A stretch of DNA of 64,000 nt, from NCBI GenBank assembly GCA_036231405.1, contig JAZAHK010000003.1, positions 64,001 to 128,000 on the forward strand, read 5' to 3'. The position numbers and the translations under genes are program-made. How positions within the stretch are numbered: the first letter of the stretch is position 1; every line of letters begins with the position of its first letter. Below, piece by piece: positions 27,868 to 39,852 of the stretch. The notes under the pieces are model-generated. The model was not told the origin of the DNA and did no database searches. It was given only the letters and a program-made list of their open reading frames with translations. This stretch comes from Nitrospinota bacterium. Lineage in GTDB: Bacteria > UBA8248.

Positions 27868-27907
27868 TAGGAATTATAGAAGGTTTTTGCATGTTCTCCT
27901 AGGTAAC

Positions 27908-27937
27908 TTGCCTTGTACTTTTCTAAAAGTGTATAAT
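27908..27937 (+). promoter_or_regulatory. sigma70-like promoter of gltBD
   Basis: TTGCCT-18 nt-TATAAT. Confidence 0.5.
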
Positions 27938-28063
27938 TTGCCACTCGGCGTACCCGATATTACGTAAAAATATTAAATTTCTCGTATATCTAATACTGGT
28001 TAAATGGTGAATTCGCTTATTAGAAAAGCGTTCTACAGGTTTTAACGCTAAGAGTAAGGATCG

Positions 28064-31000
28064 TTGATGAAGAAAAAAGGACTATACAATCCTGCATATG
28101 AGCATGATGCATGCGGTGTGGCGTTTGTAGCAAATATGCATGGAGACAAATCTAGGAAAATCGTAGATCACGCACTTACTGCACTCAAAAATTTGGACCA
28201 TAGGGGAGCATGTGGTTGTGAAGATAATACTGGAGACGGGGCAGGCATCCTCATTCAAATTCCTCACAAATTCCTTGATGGAATTGTCCAAAATGGAAAA
28301 TTCTCTTTGCCTGAAGAAGGGAAATACGGAACAGGACTAGTTTTCCTTCCAAATGAAAAATCCAAAGCACAAAAATGTGAATCAGCCTTCAAAGAAATTG
28401 TTGAAGAAAATGATGCAGAAATTCTCGGATGGCGTGACGTACCTATAGACCTCTCAAGCATTGGAAAAACTGCTAAGGGAGCTGCTCCAAATATTCGACA
28501 GGTCTTTATTGGAAACTTCAAAAATGTAAATTCACAGATGGATATTGAACGTCGTTTATACGTAATCAGAAAATGTATAGAACATAAAATATCAAATTCC
28601 GAAATTGAAGGAAAAGATGATTTTTATATCCCTAGCCTTTCTTGCAAAACAATGATTTACAAAGGAATGCTTCTTACAGAACAACTAGAATCTGTTTTTT
28701 TAGACTTGCAGAATCCTAAGATTGAATCTGGAATTGCCCTAGTTCATTCTCGTTTTTCAACCAACACGTTTCCGTCTTGGAAACTGGCACATCCTTACAG
28801 ATATTTATCCCATAATGGGGAAATCAACACAGTAAGAGGAAATACAAATTGGATGCATGCAAGACAAACCCTTTGTGATTCAGAATTTCTTCCTGATCTC
28901 AAAAAAGTTCTCCCAGTTATAACTGAGGGGGGTAGTGACTCTGCGGTTTTTGATAATGTCTTAGAATTTCTATATATGGGAGGATATGAACTTCCACACG
29001 CAGTTTTGATGATGATACCTGAACCTTGGGCAGGACACGAATTAATGAGTGAAGAGAGAAAAGCCTTTTACGAATATCATGCTTGTTTAATGGAACCCTG
29101 GGATGGACCCGCAAGTATCGCATTTACAGATGGAATATCAATTGGTGCTGTTTTAGATAGAAATGGATTACGCCCTTCACGCTATTATGTCACCAAAGAT
29201 GACCTCGTTATAATGGCTTCAGAAGCAGGAGTATTAGATATCCCTCCTGAGAACGTTTTGATAAAGGAAAGATTACATCCCGGAAGAATTTTTTTGGTAG
29301 ATACATCACAGGGAAGGATTATCGACGATGAAGAACTAAAAAAATCCTATACAGAAAAATTTCCATATAACGAATGGCTCAACAATTTAATTCATATTGG
29401 TGACATACAAGAGATTTCTGAACAAGAAGAGAATGAAGATTCGTCTCTTCAGAAAAGACAACGTGCTTTCGGTTATACTAAGGAAGATTTGGAGTTTTTT
29501 CTGGCTCCGATGGTTGAATTAAAAAATGACCCAATTGGTTCAATGGGTAACGATGCATCCCTAGCACTTTTATCTAACAATTCCAGACTTCTTTATGATT
29601 ATTTTAAGCAACTTTTCGCCCAAGTCACCAATCCTCCACTTGATGGGATTAGAGAAGAGTTAGTAACACAAGTTAGCGTGACTATTGGACCGCAACAAAA
29701 TATTTTTAAACCATCTTCTGATTCGTGCAGTCAAATAAAACTTGATACTCCAATTCTGACAAACAAAAATTTAGCAAAACTTAAAAATGTAGATTTGCCA
29801 GGATTTCAATCTACAACTCTACCTATTTTATTTGACCCAAAGAGTGGTGAAAAAGGGCTGAGAGAATCATTAGACGAATTATTCAAAAAAGCCGACAGGG
29901 CAATTGGAGATGGGAAAACATTGATCATTCTTTCTGATAGAAATGTGTCTGAAAAATTGGCTCCTATTCCGGCGTTACTGGCTACTTCTGGCTTGCATCA
30001 CCACCTCATTAGAAATGGCACAAGGACTAGAACCGATATTATTGTTGAGACCGGCGAAGCCAGACAAGTACATCATATTTGTGTTCTTTTAGGTTATGGT
30101 GCAAAAGCCATCAACCCTTATCTCGCGATGGAAACCATAGAAGACCTTATGAAGAAAGGGGTAATCCAAGAAAATGATTTTGATGTCTCATGTGAAAATT
30201 ACATCAAGGCACTAAATAAGGGGATTTTAAAAGTCACATCCAAAATGGGAATTTCTACCATACAGTCATATACAGGGGCACAAATCTTCGAAGCAGTAGG
30301 ATTAGATCAGGGATTTGTTGATGAATTTTTCACCTGGACCGCAACCCAAATTCAGGGAGTTGACTTAAAGATTATTGCAGAAGAAACCTTGGTACGACAT
30401 AAAAAAACTTTCTCAACTCAACCTTCTGCAAACCCTGAACTTGAATCAGGCGGACTTCTTCAGTGGAGAAGAGATGGAGAATACCATATGTTCAATCCAG
30501 AAACCATTTTCAAACTCCAACACGCTACTTCATCTGGGAACTATCAAATCTTTAAAGAATACTCAGAATTAGTTGACGAACAAAGTTCTAACCTTGCTAC
30601 TCTTAGAGGACTCTTCAATCTGAAATGGGCAGACAAACCCATCCCCTTAGAAGAGGTTGAACCAGTTGAATCTATTTTTAAACGATTTAGTACGGGAGCC
30701 ATGTCTTACGGTTCAATAGGTAGTGAAGCACATGAAACACTAGCAATTGCGATGAACAGAATTGGAGGAAAATCGAATACTGGAGAAGGAGGGGAGGACC
30801 CAAGTCGTTTCACCCCAGATCCTAATGGAGACCTCCGTAGGAGCGCAATGAAACAAGTTGCTTCAGGTAGATTTGGAGTAACTAGCGAATATTTAGTAAA
30901 CGCAGACGATCTCCAAATCAAGATGGCTCAAGGCGCAAAACCTGGAGAAGGAGGACAACTTCCTGGTCATAAAGTTTATCCATGGATTGCTAAAGTTAGA

Positions 31001-32608
31001 TACTCTACTCCTGGAGTTGGATTGATTTCACCTCCACCTCATCATGATATTTATTCGATTGAGGATCTTGCACAGTTAATCTATGACCTTAAAAACTCTA
31101 ACAGACATGCAAGGATTAACGTAAAACTTGTCTCTGAAATTGGCGTAGGCACTGTGGCTGCAGGAGTTTCAAAAGGGCATTCCGATGTGGTGCTTATTTC
31201 CGGACATGATGGAGGTACTGGAGCATCTCCTATTACAAGTATAAAACATGCTGGTACTCCATGGGAATTAGGACTTGCTGAAACTCAACAGGTTCTAGTT
31301 ATGAATCGTTTGAGAGACAGAATAGTCGTGCAAGTTGATGGTCAGATGAAAACAGGTCGAGATGTTGTTATCGGAGCATTGCTTGGCGCTGATGAATTTG
31401 GTTTTGCCACTGCACCATTGGTCGTAATGGGGTGCGTAATGATGCGAGTATGCCATCTAAATACTTGTCCAGTAGGTATTGCTACTCAAGATCCTAATTT
31501 AAGAAAATGTTTTGAAGGTAAACCTGAACACGTAGTTAATTTTTTTCAATTTGTTGCACAAGAGGTGCGTGAATTAATGTCGAAACTAGGATTCCGTACG
31601 ATGGATGAAATGATTGGACGAGTCGATAAAATCGACCATCAAAGTGCTAATGATCACTGGAAAGCTCGTGGAATAGACTTCACTGCACTCCTATATCAAG
31701 ACGAAAAATTTAAAGATTTACCCGTTAAGAACACCACAGGACAAGACCATAAATTAGAAGAAACGCTTGATATGACAGAGATTCTTCCTCGTTGTATAGA
31801 AAGTATTGATACAGGGAATCCAACAAAATTTGAACTCCCGATTAGAAATGTTAATCGAACCGTAGGGACTATAACCGGCTCAGAACTTACGAAAAAATGG
31901 GGTGGTGAAGGCTTGCCAGAAGATACTATTCATATACATTTCAAAGGTTCTGCGGGTCAGAGTTTCGGAGCTTTTTTACCAAAAGGAATGACTTTTGAAC
32001 TTGAAGGTGATGCAAACGACTATATGGCAAAAGGTTTATCTGGTGGTAAAATTATCGTTTTTCCGCCTACCAACTCTACTTTTATTGCTGAAGAAAATAT
32101 TTTGATCGGAAATGTTGCACTTTATGGTGCTACTTCTGGAGAAGCATACTTCAGGGGACTAGCTGGTGAAAGATTCTGTGTTCGAAATAGCGGGGCAGAA
32201 GCTGTGGTTGAAGGAGTAGGAGATCATTGTTGTGAGTATATGACTGGTGGCCGAGTAGTAGTTCTTGGACAAACAGGACGTAATTTTGCTGCAGGAATGT
32301 CAGGCGGAATTGCTTACGTTCTTGTTCTTGACGGAAATTTTGAATTGAAGTGCAACAAAGAAATGGTAGAACTAGAAAAACTTACTGACCCAGATGACAT
32401 TGAAGAAGTAAAAAATCTTATAAATAATCACGTTGCATACACTAAAAGTTCTCTCGGGAAAAAAGTGATTGGAAACTGGGAAGAATACTTGCCAAAATTT
32501 ATTAAGGTCATGCCTACCGATTACAAAAGAGCGATGATGGCAAAAGAAATTGCAAAAGAAAAAGGAATCCCTTGGGAGGAAGCAGTAATGGAGGGTGCAC
32601 ATGGGTAA
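28064..32608 (+). CDS. gltB: glutamate synthase large subunit
   Basis: [54 protein letters not shown]-terminal domain. Confidence 0.98.
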   Translation: MMKKKGLYNPAYEHDACGVAFVANMHGDKSRKIVDHALTALKNLDHRGACGCEDNTGDGAGILIQIPHKFLDGIVQNGKFSLPEEGKYGTGLVFLPNEKSKAQKCESAFKEIVEENDAEILGWRDVPIDLSSIGKTAKGAAPNIRQVFIGNFKNVNSQMDIERRLYVIRKCIEHKISNSEIEGKDDFYIPSLSCKTMIYKGMLLTEQLESVFLDLQNPKIESGIALVHSRFSTNTFPSWKLAHPYRYLSHNGEINTVRGNTNWMHARQTLCDSEFLPDLKKVLPVITEGGSDSAVFDNVLEFLYMGGYELPHAVLMMIPEPWAGHELMSEERKAFYEYHACLMEPWDGPASIAFTDGISIGAVLDRNGLRPSRYYVTKDDLVIMASEAGVLDIPPENVLIKERLHPGRIFLVDTSQGRIIDDEELKKSYTEKFPYNEWLNNLIHIGDIQEISEQEENEDSSLQKRQRAFGYTKEDLEFFLAPMVELKNDPIGSMGNDASLALLSNNSRLLYDYFKQLFAQVTNPPLDGIREELVTQVSVTIGPQQNIFKPSSDSCSQIKLDTPILTNKNLAKLKNVDLPGFQSTTLPILFDPKSGEKGLRESLDELFKKADRAIGDGKTLIILSDRNVSEKLAPIPALLATSGLHHHLIRNGTRTRTDIIVETGEARQVHHICVLLGYGAKAINPYLAMETIEDLMKKGVIQENDFDVSCENYIKALNKGILKVTSKMGISTIQSYTGAQIFEAVGLDQGFVDEFFTWTATQIQGVDLKIIAEETLVRHKKTFSTQPSANPELESGGLLQWRRDGEYHMFNPETIFKLQHATSSGNYQIFKEYSELVDEQSSNLATLRGLFNLKWADKPIPLEEVEPVESIFKRFSTGAMSYGSIGSEAHETLAIAMNRIGGKSNTGEGGEDPSRFTPDPNGDLRRSAMKQVASGRFGVTSEYLVNADDLQIKMAQGAKPGEGGQLPGHKVYPWIAKVRYSTPGVGLISPPPHHDIYSIEDLAQLIYDLKNSNRHARINVKLVSEIGVGTVAAGVSKGHSDVVLISGHDGGTGASPITSIKHAGTPWELGLAETQQVLVMNRLRDRIVVQVDGQMKTGRDVVIGALLGADEFGFATAPLVVMGCVMMRVCHLNTCPVGIATQDPNLRKCFEGKPEHVVNFFQFVAQEVRELMSKLGFRTMDEMIGRVDKIDHQSANDHWKARGIDFTALLYQDEKFKDLPVKNTTGQDHKLEETLDMTEILPRCIESIDTGNPTKFELPIRNVNRTVGTITGSELTKKWGGEGLPEDTIHIHFKGSAGQSFGAFLPKGMTFELEGDANDYMAKGLSGGKIIVFPPTNSTFIAEENILIGNVALYGATSGEAYFRGLAGERFCVRNSGAEAVVEGVGDHCCEYMTGGRVVVLGQTGRNFAAGMSGGIAYVLVLDGNFELKCNKEMVELEKLTDPDDIEEVKNLINNHVAYTKSSLGKKVIGNWEEYLPKFIKVMPTDYKRAMMAKEIAKEKGIPWEEAVMEGAHG

Positions 32609-34052
32609 AGTTACTGGTTTTTTTGAATATAGTAGAGAAAAAGCTGAAGGACGTCCTCTAGAACAGAGAAAGCAAGATTGGAACGAAGTGTATCTTCCTT
32701 TCGCAGAAGAAAAACTTCAAATTCAAGGTGCTCGCTGTATGAATTGTGGAATACCTTTCTGTCATAGTGACTGTCCTCTTGGGAATTTTATCCCAGATTG
32801 GAATGATTTAATCTATAAAGATCGTTGGGAAGAAGCATCAGCGCGTTTACATGCCACCAATAATTTCCCAGAGTTTACTGGGAGGCTTTGCCCTGCTCCT
32901 TGCGAGGGAGCATGCGTCTTGGGAATAAACAAAGACCCTGTAACAATCAAACAAATTGAAGTTTCGATCATAGACCGGGCTTTTAAGGAAGGCTGGGTAA
33001 AAGCCTCGCCTCCTGTTTCAAGAACAAATAAAAAAGTTGCTGTGGTTGGTTCTGGACCCGCGGGCCTAGCGGCTGCACAACAACTAAATCGTGCTGGGCA
33101 TACAGTCACTGTCTTCGAAAGGGATGACCGTTTAGGAGGACTTCTGCGTTATGGAATTCCTGAATTTAAAATGGAGAAAAAGTTTCTAGATAGAAGAATT
33201 CAGATCATGGAAGAAGAAGGAATTTTATTTAAAACTAGTTGTGAAATTGGTGGAAATATATCTGCTGCTTCAATTAAGGAGGAGTTCGATGCAATGGTAC
33301 TAGCTGGAGGTGCAAGACAACCTCGGGACCTACCGATTCCTGGAAGAGAATTAAACGGAATTTTTTTTGCAATGGAATTTCTTCCATTACAAAATCGAAT
33401 TTGTGAAGGGGATTCTATTTCAGAAAAAGAAGTAATTTCTGCCAAAGACAAAAATGTAGTGATCATAGGTGGTGGTGACACTGGAGCAGATTGCCTAGGT
33501 ACAACAATTAGACAAGGAGCGAAATCAATACATCAACTTGAAATTCTTCCAAAACCACCTTTAGAGAGAGACTCTGAAAAAAATCCTTGGCCTTTATATC
33601 CTAATATTTTCAGAGTATCTTCTGCACATGAAGAAGGTGGAGAACGTCTTTACTCTGTTTCTACTAAGTGTTTCGAAGGAATAAAAGGAAAAGTAGAAAA
33701 GCTTCAAATCGTGAATGTAGAGAGTAAAATTGACGAAAACGGTCGAATGAATTTCGTTGAAGTAGAAGGAAGTAATTTTGAACTGAAGGCTGATCTTGTT
33801 CTGCTAGCTATGGGATTCTTAGGACCAGAACAAAACGGTCTTCTAAAAGAGTTAAATATAGATGTGAATGAGCGAACAAACGTTAAACGTGATCAAAACT
33901 GGATGACTAATATTCCTGGAGTATTTACAGCAGGTGACATGCAGCGAGGTCAATCCTTAATAGTGTGGGCTATAGCAGAAGGTCGTTCTTGTGCGTATGC
34001 TGTAGACAAATTTTTAATGGGAAAATCCGAATTACCCACTCCACTGTCCTAA
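32601..34052 (+). CDS. gltD: glutamate synthase small subunit
   Basis: [41 protein letters not shown]; overlaps gltB. Confidence 0.97.
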   Translation: MGKVTGFFEYSREKAEGRPLEQRKQDWNEVYLPFAEEKLQIQGARCMNCGIPFCHSDCPLGNFIPDWNDLIYKDRWEEASARLHATNNFPEFTGRLCPAPCEGACVLGINKDPVTIKQIEVSIIDRAFKEGWVKASPPVSRTNKKVAVVGSGPAGLAAAQQLNRAGHTVTVFERDDRLGGLLRYGIPEFKMEKKFLDRRIQIMEEEGILFKTSCEIGGNISAASIKEEFDAMVLAGGARQPRDLPIPGRELNGIFFAMEFLPLQNRICEGDSISEKEVISAKDKNVVIIGGGDTGADCLGTTIRQGAKSIHQLEILPKPPLERDSEKNPWPLYPNIFRVSSAHEEGGERLYSVSTKCFEGIKGKVEKLQIVNVESKIDENGRMNFVEVEGSNFELKADLVLLAMGFLGPEQNGLLKELNIDVNERTNVKRDQNWMTNIPGVFTAGDMQRGQSLIVWAIAEGRSCAYAVDKFLMGKSELPTPLS

Positions 34053-34079
34053 AGATTGTCCTGGGGTTTTACAAAACTA

Positions 34080-34967
34080 TCAATTAGCTTTTTTCCAACC
34101 TAGTCGATCAGAGATAAGTTTTATTAAATTTGAACGATTCAAAGAATATATATGGAAATGCTTAGATCCTAGACCTTCTAAAGATATAATCAACTGGGAT
34201 GTCATTTCAGCAGATAGTTCATTAAAACCAGTAGGATCATTTTTATATTTCAAAAGCTTATTTGCTATTCCATCTGGCACATTGGCGCCACACCGCTTTG
34301 CAAAACGAATGGTTTGATCTATATCTCTAATTGGTAAAACACCAGGAATCAAAGGGATAGTAATATTCTTTCTTGAACAGCGTTCTAAAAAAGACTCCCA
34401 TACGTTAGATTCAAAGAAAAATTGGGATATAGCATAATCGGCACCAGCATAGATTTTTTCAGAAAAATACTCTAAATCTTTTTCGAAATCAGGAGTCTCA
34501 GGGTGTCCTTCTGGATAACAAGCAACCCCGATTGAACTGAATCCACCAATATCTCTAAGCCATTTCAACAAATCAATCGCATATTTAAAATCTGAAGAAA
34601 CAAGTTTGTCTTTCGAAAAATCCTCAGGGATATCTCCTCGTATTGCAAGTATGTGAAACATATTGTTTTCTTTATAAATTTTAATCAATTCAGTCAGATC
34701 AGATCTTGTAGCGCCTATACATGTTAAATGTGAAACCACCCTTTCCTCATAAATTTGAGATAGTTTCGTAACTAACTCCAAAGTCCCTGCTTGTGTTGAT
34801 CCTCCGGCCCCATAAGTAACAGAAAAAAATGACACATCAATTAACGTGCTAATTTTTTTAGTTTCTTTTAGTAGATGAAAACGAGAATCTTCATCCTTAG
34901 GAGGGTAAAATTCTATTGAAATAGAAGTACTCGGATCAGAAATAACTTTTATCAATTTCGAATCCAA
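34080..34967 (-). CDS. metF: methylenetetrahydrofolate reductase
   Basis: SIEFYPPK, SVTYGAGGS, HLTC, AIRGD, YPEGHP, ISQFFF; the track start lies inside a terminator, so TTG 34967 after AGGGA is preferred. Confidence 0.9.
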   Translation of the reverse strand: MDSKLIKVISDPSTSISIEFYPPKDEDSRFHLLKETKKISTLIDVSFFSVTYGAGGSTQAGTLELVTKLSQIYEERVVSHLTCIGATRSDLTELIKIYKENNMFHILAIRGDIPEDFSKDKLVSSDFKYAIDLLKWLRDIGGFSSIGVACYPEGHPETPDFEKDLEYFSEKIYAGADYAISQFFFESNVWESFLERCSRKNITIPLIPGVLPIRDIDQTIRFAKRCGANVPDGIANKLLKYKNDPTGFNELSAEMTSQLIISLEGLGSKHFHIYSLNRSNLIKLISDRLGWKKAN

Positions 34968-34997
34968 ACTCAGAATCCCTATTTTAAAATAAGAAAT

Positions 34998-35032
34998 AAA
35001 AAAAACCGGTGTGGATTTTTCATCCACACCGG
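34998..35032 (-). terminator. rho-independent terminator of the sod-prx transcript
   Basis: CCGGTGTGGAT-5 nt-ATCCACACCGG 11-bp stem followed by T8 on the minus strand. Confidence 0.8.
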
Positions 35033-35047
35033 CAATTAAAACAAGCT

Positions 35048-35512
35048 CTAACTTAGACTTTCAAGTACTGCAAAGAGTGCATCGTTATCTGGCAACTCTG
35101 GCGGTGTAGGCGATACTTGCATATGGACAATCTTTCCTTCTTTATCGATCAAAACTACCGCTCTATTACTAAAACCCTTTTCGTGCATCAGACCATAAGA
35201 TTCAACTGTACTCTTCCCGAAAAAATCACTTAATAACGGGTATTCAACTCCAAGTTTTTCTGCCCATGCAGCATGAGAAAATGGACTATCTACACTAATG
35301 CCTAGAACTTGACAGTTTGCGCTTTTAAATTTATCAGACTGGGCTTGATAAACAGGAAGTTGTTCCCCACAAGCACCTGAAAAATCGAAAGGATAGAAAC
35401 AAAGAAGGACATTACTTGTCCCGCGATAATCACTTAACTTTATTGCATCTCCAGCATCTTGTGCCTGTGGAAGTTCAAAATCTGGAGCATCATCTCCAAC
35501 TGCTAATACCAT
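35048..35512 (-). CDS. peroxiredoxin (AhpC/TSA, AhpE-like)
   Basis: APDFEL, FYPFDFSGAC, GISVDSPFSHAAW, LLSDF. Confidence 0.88.
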   Translation of the reverse strand: MVLAVGDDAPDFELPQAQDAGDAIKLSDYRGTSNVLLCFYPFDFSGACGEQLPVYQAQSDKFKSANCQVLGISVDSPFSHAAWAEKLGVEYPLLSDFFGKSTVESYGLMHEKGFSNRAVVLIDKEGKIVHMQVSPTPPELPDNDALFAVLESLS

Positions 35513-35553
35513 TTGAAATCTCCTTAAAGAAATCTAAAAATTAGTTTGCTAGG

Positions 35554-36150
35554 CTAAGCTGATCCAAAACGGGAAGCAACATCTTCCCAATTCACAACAT
35601 TCCACCATGCGGAAATATAATCAGGTCTTCTATTTTGATAATTCAGATAATATGCATGTTCCCATACATCTATCCCGAGTAATGGAACAAAACCTTCAGT
35701 TCTTGGACTAGTTTGGTTCGGCATTGTTTTGATTTCAACAGAACCTGAGCCAGATTTAGTTACAAGCCAACACCAACCACTTCCTTGAACTGTAGTTGCA
35801 GATTTTGAAAAATCATCCTTAAATTTATCAAAATCTCCTATTGCTGATGCTAAATCTCCACTAGGAGCACCGCCACCATTTGGACTCATATTTTTCCAAA
35901 AAATGCAATGATTATCATATCCACCACCATTAAAATTAACAGCACCGCGAATATCTTCTGGAACAGAACCTATATCCGAAAGAATTTCTTCGATACCCTT
36001 TCCTTCCAAATCAGTTCCTGCAGAAACGTTATTTAAATTTGTAGTATACGTATTGTGGTGTTTGGTATGATGGATTTCCATAGTTCTTGCGTCAAGATTT
36101 GGCTCTAGTGCTGCGTAATCATAATCTAGGTTTGGAAGTTCAAATGCCAT
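35554..36150 (-). CDS. sod: Fe/Mn superoxide dismutase
   Basis: [24 protein letters not shown]. Confidence 0.96.
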   Translation of the reverse strand: MAFELPNLDYDYAALEPNLDARTMEIHHTKHHNTYTTNLNNVSAGTDLEGKGIEEILSDIGSVPEDIRGAVNFNGGGYDNHCIFWKNMSPNGGGAPSGDLASAIGDFDKFKDDFSKSATTVQGSGWCWLVTKSGSGSVEIKTMPNQTSPRTEGFVPLLGIDVWEHAYYLNYQNRRPDYISAWWNVVNWEDVASRFGSA

Positions 36151-36235
36151 GGGCTCTTTCTCCTCTATTTTAAAAAAATTAAACTTAATAATTAATATTT
36201 ATTTTATTATATCTCTTATTTAACAAAAAACGTTA

Positions 36236-36988
36236 TCAAACTGCAAGATATCCTCCATCCACAACAAGATTATGTCCATGTACATATTGAGAAGATTCTG
36301 AAGACAAAAATACAATAGATTCAGCGACTTCTTCCGGCTTCCCAAATCTAGGAAGAGGCATATTTGAAGTTCTGTGACTTTCTATGGTTGGATCTTCTCT
36401 GATAAGTTCTACCATACCCTCTGTCATAATTGGTCCGGGAGCAACTGCATTTACGTTAATTTTTTCTTTCGCTAATTCAAAAGAAAGAGAACGAGCCATA
36501 TTCACTATTGCACCTTTACAAGCACAATAAACAGAAAAATTAGGTGCACCAACAAAACCAAACGTACTAGAAATAAGCACTACCTTGCCTCCACCACGTT
36601 TCTTAAATTCAGGAACTACTTTTTGAACCGACAAATAATAACCTTTTATATTAACTCTCCAAGCTTTTTCTAAATCCTCTTCTTCTACTTCCATGAATGA
36701 TTTCGTAGGTCGAAAAATTGCCCCACAAACTAAAATATCAATACCTCCGAAACTATCAGAAGTTTCTCTTGTCATTTTTTCAATTCCTTCGCTTGTTCCG
36801 CAATCTACTACTATAGACTTAAAGTTTCCACCACCACTTTGAATGTCCTTTTCTAATTCTCCAAGACGATTAGCATCTAAATCAGCAACTGCAACACTAG
36901 CACCCTTTTTCGCAAACAATTTAGCGGTTGCAGCACCTATCCCTTGTGCCCCGCCTGTAATCAAAACAATTTTTTTCTCAAATTCCAT
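36236..36988 (-). CDS. short-chain dehydrogenase/reductase
   Basis: TGGAQGIG, YCACK, NAVAPG, VDGG. Confidence 0.9.
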   Translation of the reverse strand: MEFEKKIVLITGGAQGIGAATAKLFAKKGASVAVADLDANRLGELEKDIQSGGGNFKSIVVDCGTSEGIEKMTRETSDSFGGIDILVCGAIFRPTKSFMEVEEEDLEKAWRVNIKGYYLSVQKVVPEFKKRGGGKVVLISSTFGFVGAPNFSVYCACKGAIVNMARSLSFELAKEKINVNAVAPGPIMTEGMVELIREDPTIESHRTSNMPLPRFGKPEEVAESIVFLSSESSQYVHGHNLVVDGGYLAV

Positions 36989-37053
36989 ATGACCTCCAAT
37001 TAAGGGAACTCGACTTTAAACGCGCGTTCACTAAGTCTCAAAAAATAATTTAT

Positions 37054-37950
37054 TCAAATTTTCATTCTTTGAATATCATCAAAGTCTCTATAAAGTAGAG
37101 ACAAATCCTCTTCGATCATCCCCCGCGAAACAGCTTTTTGTATAAATTCAAGTGTCTTCTCTCCAAGTTCAACTTTCAATTTTTTCTTCCTAGCTAATTT
37201 AATCGCAAGGCCCACATCTTTATCCATATTATAAATTCTAGCTAGAGCATTCCATTTACCCGAAAGTATATTGTTTGGAAACCGGTGTCTGCTAGCATAA
37301 CTAAATGCAGTCGAAACGTTGAATACATCAATCATATCCTCAATACTAATCCCCATTTTTTCTGCCAAACGAGCCCCTTCACAAGTTGCAAGAAACATAG
37401 TGTGAAGAACCATATTATGTATTAATTTCATGGTCTGACCAGCACCTATTTCTCCCAAATGAAAAATATTATCAGTAAAAAGAGACAGGATTTTTTTAGT
37501 CTTTTTGAGTGTTTTTTTATCGCCACCAATCATAAGAGTTAATTTTCCTTGTTCTATACCGGAAGGTCCTCCACTCATAGCAGCATCCAGGTAAGAAATT
37601 TTATGTTCTAAAGCTTTTTTCGCGAGTTTTTTTGTCTGAATTGGATCAGAAGTTGTAAGGTCAAAAATTACCAAGCCTTTTTTAGCGTTTCTTAAGATTC
37701 CTCCCTTCCCATTAAATGTGGAATTTATCTCTCTCGAGGATGGAACAACAAAAAAAATCACAGAACACTCTTGAGACATGTCTATAGGTTTTACTAATGA
37801 AAGATTTTTGTTTTTAGCAATTTTTTTTCGAAGATCAGAATCAACATCCCATATATAAACATTACTTCTCAAACTGCCCAAACGTACGGCTAAAGAACCA
37901 CCCATTCTTCCTAACCCAACTACCCCAATAGGCTTAACTTTTGACATCAA
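37054..37950 (-). CDS. 3-hydroxyisobutyrate dehydrogenase-like NAD(P)-dependent oxidoreductase
   Basis: GLGRMG, DAAMSGG, GAGQTMKLIHN. Confidence 0.85.
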   Translation of the reverse strand: MMSKVKPIGVVGLGRMGGSLAVRLGSLRSNVYIWDVDSDLRKKIAKNKNLSLVKPIDMSQECSVIFFVVPSSREINSTFNGKGGILRNAKKGLVIFDLTTSDPIQTKKLAKKALEHKISYLDAAMSGGPSGIEQGKLTLMIGGDKKTLKKTKKILSLFTDNIFHLGEIGAGQTMKLIHNMVLHTMFLATCEGARLAEKMGISIEDMIDVFNVSTAFSYASRHRFPNNILSGKWNALARIYNMDKDVGLAIKLARKKKLKVELGEKTLEFIQKAVSRGMIEEDLSLLYRDFDDIQRMKI

Positions 37951-38309
37951 ATGATACTCCCTTCAAAAGAAGATTCGATAAGATGTGTTTGAAAAGAAAT
38001 TGAAAACTTAATTTTTGCATACAGAATCATGGAAATTCGTCGATAATGAAAATCCAGCCCCTAAATGATCTTTAAATTTTAACTATTGTAAACAGTGAAA
38101 ACTGAAGAGTCTATTATAGAAAATAAAATTAAAACATAAGGGGCGAGAAAACCCCCTAAAAATAAGAAAAGAGTTTATCAAGAAATATTTCTAAGAAAAC
38201 AACCAATACATCCCAACTATAACCACAAAGACCGCGATTATAATTCTAGTAGGCATTCACATAAATCTATTCATAGGAAACCTCATTATTTAATTGGAAA
38301 AATATTTGT

Positions 38310-38385
38310 TGGTGAGCCGCCCGGGACTCGAACCCGGGACCTACGGATTAAAAGTCCGGTGCTCTACCAACTGAGCTAGCGGCTC
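38310..38385 (-). tRNA. tRNA-Lys (anticodon TTT)
   Basis: GAGCCGC acceptor stem, CCGGA-CTTTTAA-TCCGT anticodon arm, GTTCGAG T-loop, encoded CCA. Confidence 0.96.
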
Positions 38386-38399
38386 CCAACAAGAAAGAA

Positions 38400-38428
38400 T
38401 ATCTACTTCGGGCGATAAGATAAGTCAA
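38400..38428 (-). promoter_or_regulatory. sigma70-like promoter of tRNA-Lys
   Basis: TTGACT-17 nt-TAGATA on the minus strand. Confidence 0.5.
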
Positions 38429-38490
38429 GTCAAGACCTATAATTTTAAAAAATTTTCAATCCCAGAAAAGTTCTCAAAAAAAAAAGAAAC

Positions 38491-38519
38491 TTGACTATAT
38501 CTATCTCTGAGTGTTCAAT
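38491..38519 (+). promoter_or_regulatory. sigma70-like promoter of tRNA-Thr
   Basis: A-tract, then TTGACT-17 nt-TTCAAT. Confidence 0.45.
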
Positions 38520-38541
38520 CAAACAAGATTCTGACGTATTT

Positions 38542-38616
38542 GCCGACGTAGCTCAGAGGTAGAGCAGCTGATTCGTAATCAGCAGGTCAGGAGTTCAAGT
38601 CTCCTCGTCGGCTCCA
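38542..38616 (+). tRNA. tRNA-Thr (anticodon CGT)
   Basis: GCCGACG acceptor stem, GCTGA-TTCGTAA-TCAGC anticodon arm, GTTCAAG T-loop, encoded CCA. Confidence 0.96.
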
Positions 38617-38648
38617 AAATAAATTTAGAAAATTCAGGGGTTTAAAAC

Positions 38649-39707
38649 ATGAAAGTTTTGATTACTGGTGGAGCAGGATTTATTGGTTCAAACACAGCGA
38701 AAAGATTCATTAATTCTGGTCAAGAGGTGATCGTATTCGACAACTTATCGAGAAAGGGAACAAATTCAAATTTAGACTGGCTAAGAAAAGCTGGCAATTT
38801 TACCTTTATTGAAGGTGACGTAAGAAACTATGAACAAATTAAAAATGTTTTCTCAGAGAATCCAAAGATCGAAATAGTAATTCATCTTGCTGGCCAAGTT
38901 GCTGTAACAACCTCTGTTCTAGAGCCTCGCGAAGATTTCGAAATAAACGCCATAGGTACTTTCAACGTTCTTGAAGCAATAAGAAAGTTTTACGAACTTA
39001 CCCCTTTAGAAGACGGCAAAAAAACCTTAAAAGATTCCCCGTTTTTAATTTTTTCTTCCACCAATAAAGTTTACGGAAAAATGGAAAATATTGAGATTGT
39101 TGAAAGAAACGACAAATATGTATACGAACAATATCCACTTGGAATTTCTGAAGATACGACCTTGGACTTCCATTCCCCTTATGGCTGTTCAAAGGGAGTT
39201 GCTGATCAATATGTTATAGATTACTCAAGGATCTACGGAATTAAATCTGTAGTGATGAGACAATCCTGTATTTATGGGTATAGGCAATTTGGAATAGAGG
39301 ACCAAGGGTGGGTTGCATGGTTCACAATTGCATCTTTGCTTGAAAAAGAAATTACCATTTATGGAAATGGAAAACAGGTTCGTGACGTCTTATTTATAGA
39401 TGATTTGATAGATTGCTATGTTAAGGCAATTGAGAATATGGAAAAAATAAGTGGAAAGGCCTACAATATAGGAGGTGGGCCTGATAGTACCCTTTCTCTT
39501 CTGGAACTAATAAGTCATCTAGAAAAACTCACTAATAAAAAAATTTCTCCTTCATTCTCTACTTGGAGACCAGGAGATCAGCCTGTTTTCGTTTGCAACA
39601 TAGAAAAAGCCTACGAAGAATTCGGATGGAAACCTAAAACTACTGTAGAAGAGGGTCTCTCTAAATTACAAAAATGGGTTTATGAAAATAAAAATTTATT
39701 TGTATAG
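38649..39707 (+). CDS. NAD-dependent epimerase, CDP-paratose 2-epimerase (RfbE)-like
   Basis: TGGAGFIG, LAGQVAVTTS, STNKVYG, SPYGCSKG, RQSCIYG...EDQGWVAW, WRPGDQ. Confidence 0.85.
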   Translation: MKVLITGGAGFIGSNTAKRFINSGQEVIVFDNLSRKGTNSNLDWLRKAGNFTFIEGDVRNYEQIKNVFSENPKIEIVIHLAGQVAVTTSVLEPREDFEINAIGTFNVLEAIRKFYELTPLEDGKKTLKDSPFLIFSSTNKVYGKMENIEIVERNDKYVYEQYPLGISEDTTLDFHSPYGCSKGVADQYVIDYSRIYGIKSVVMRQSCIYGYRQFGIEDQGWVAWFTIASLLEKEITIYGNGKQVRDVLFIDDLIDCYVKAIENMEKISGKAYNIGGGPDSTLSLLELISHLEKLTNKKISPSFSTWRPGDQPVFVCNIEKAYEEFGWKPKTTVEEGLSKLQKWVYENKNLFV

Positions 39708-39852
39708 AACAAAAATGTAACCCGGTGCTAACTCTTTAGATGGAAAGAAACTAGATGGTTTCAAAACAAAATCCTGCAATCGTCCCTGTTTTTAAAAAAA
39801 AATAAATTCTAAAAGTTTTTATATAATGAAGGAAATATGGGAGATAAAATCG

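Noticed and set aside
34968-35047. SAM riboswitch upstream of metF, and the longer metF start at 35027
   Set aside because: The 80-nt gap is filled by the sod-prx terminator, leaving no room for an aptamer; the longer start lies inside the hairpin
35048-35512. Selenocysteine peroxiredoxin
   Set aside because: The peroxidatic position is an ordinary Cys in an uninterrupted ORF
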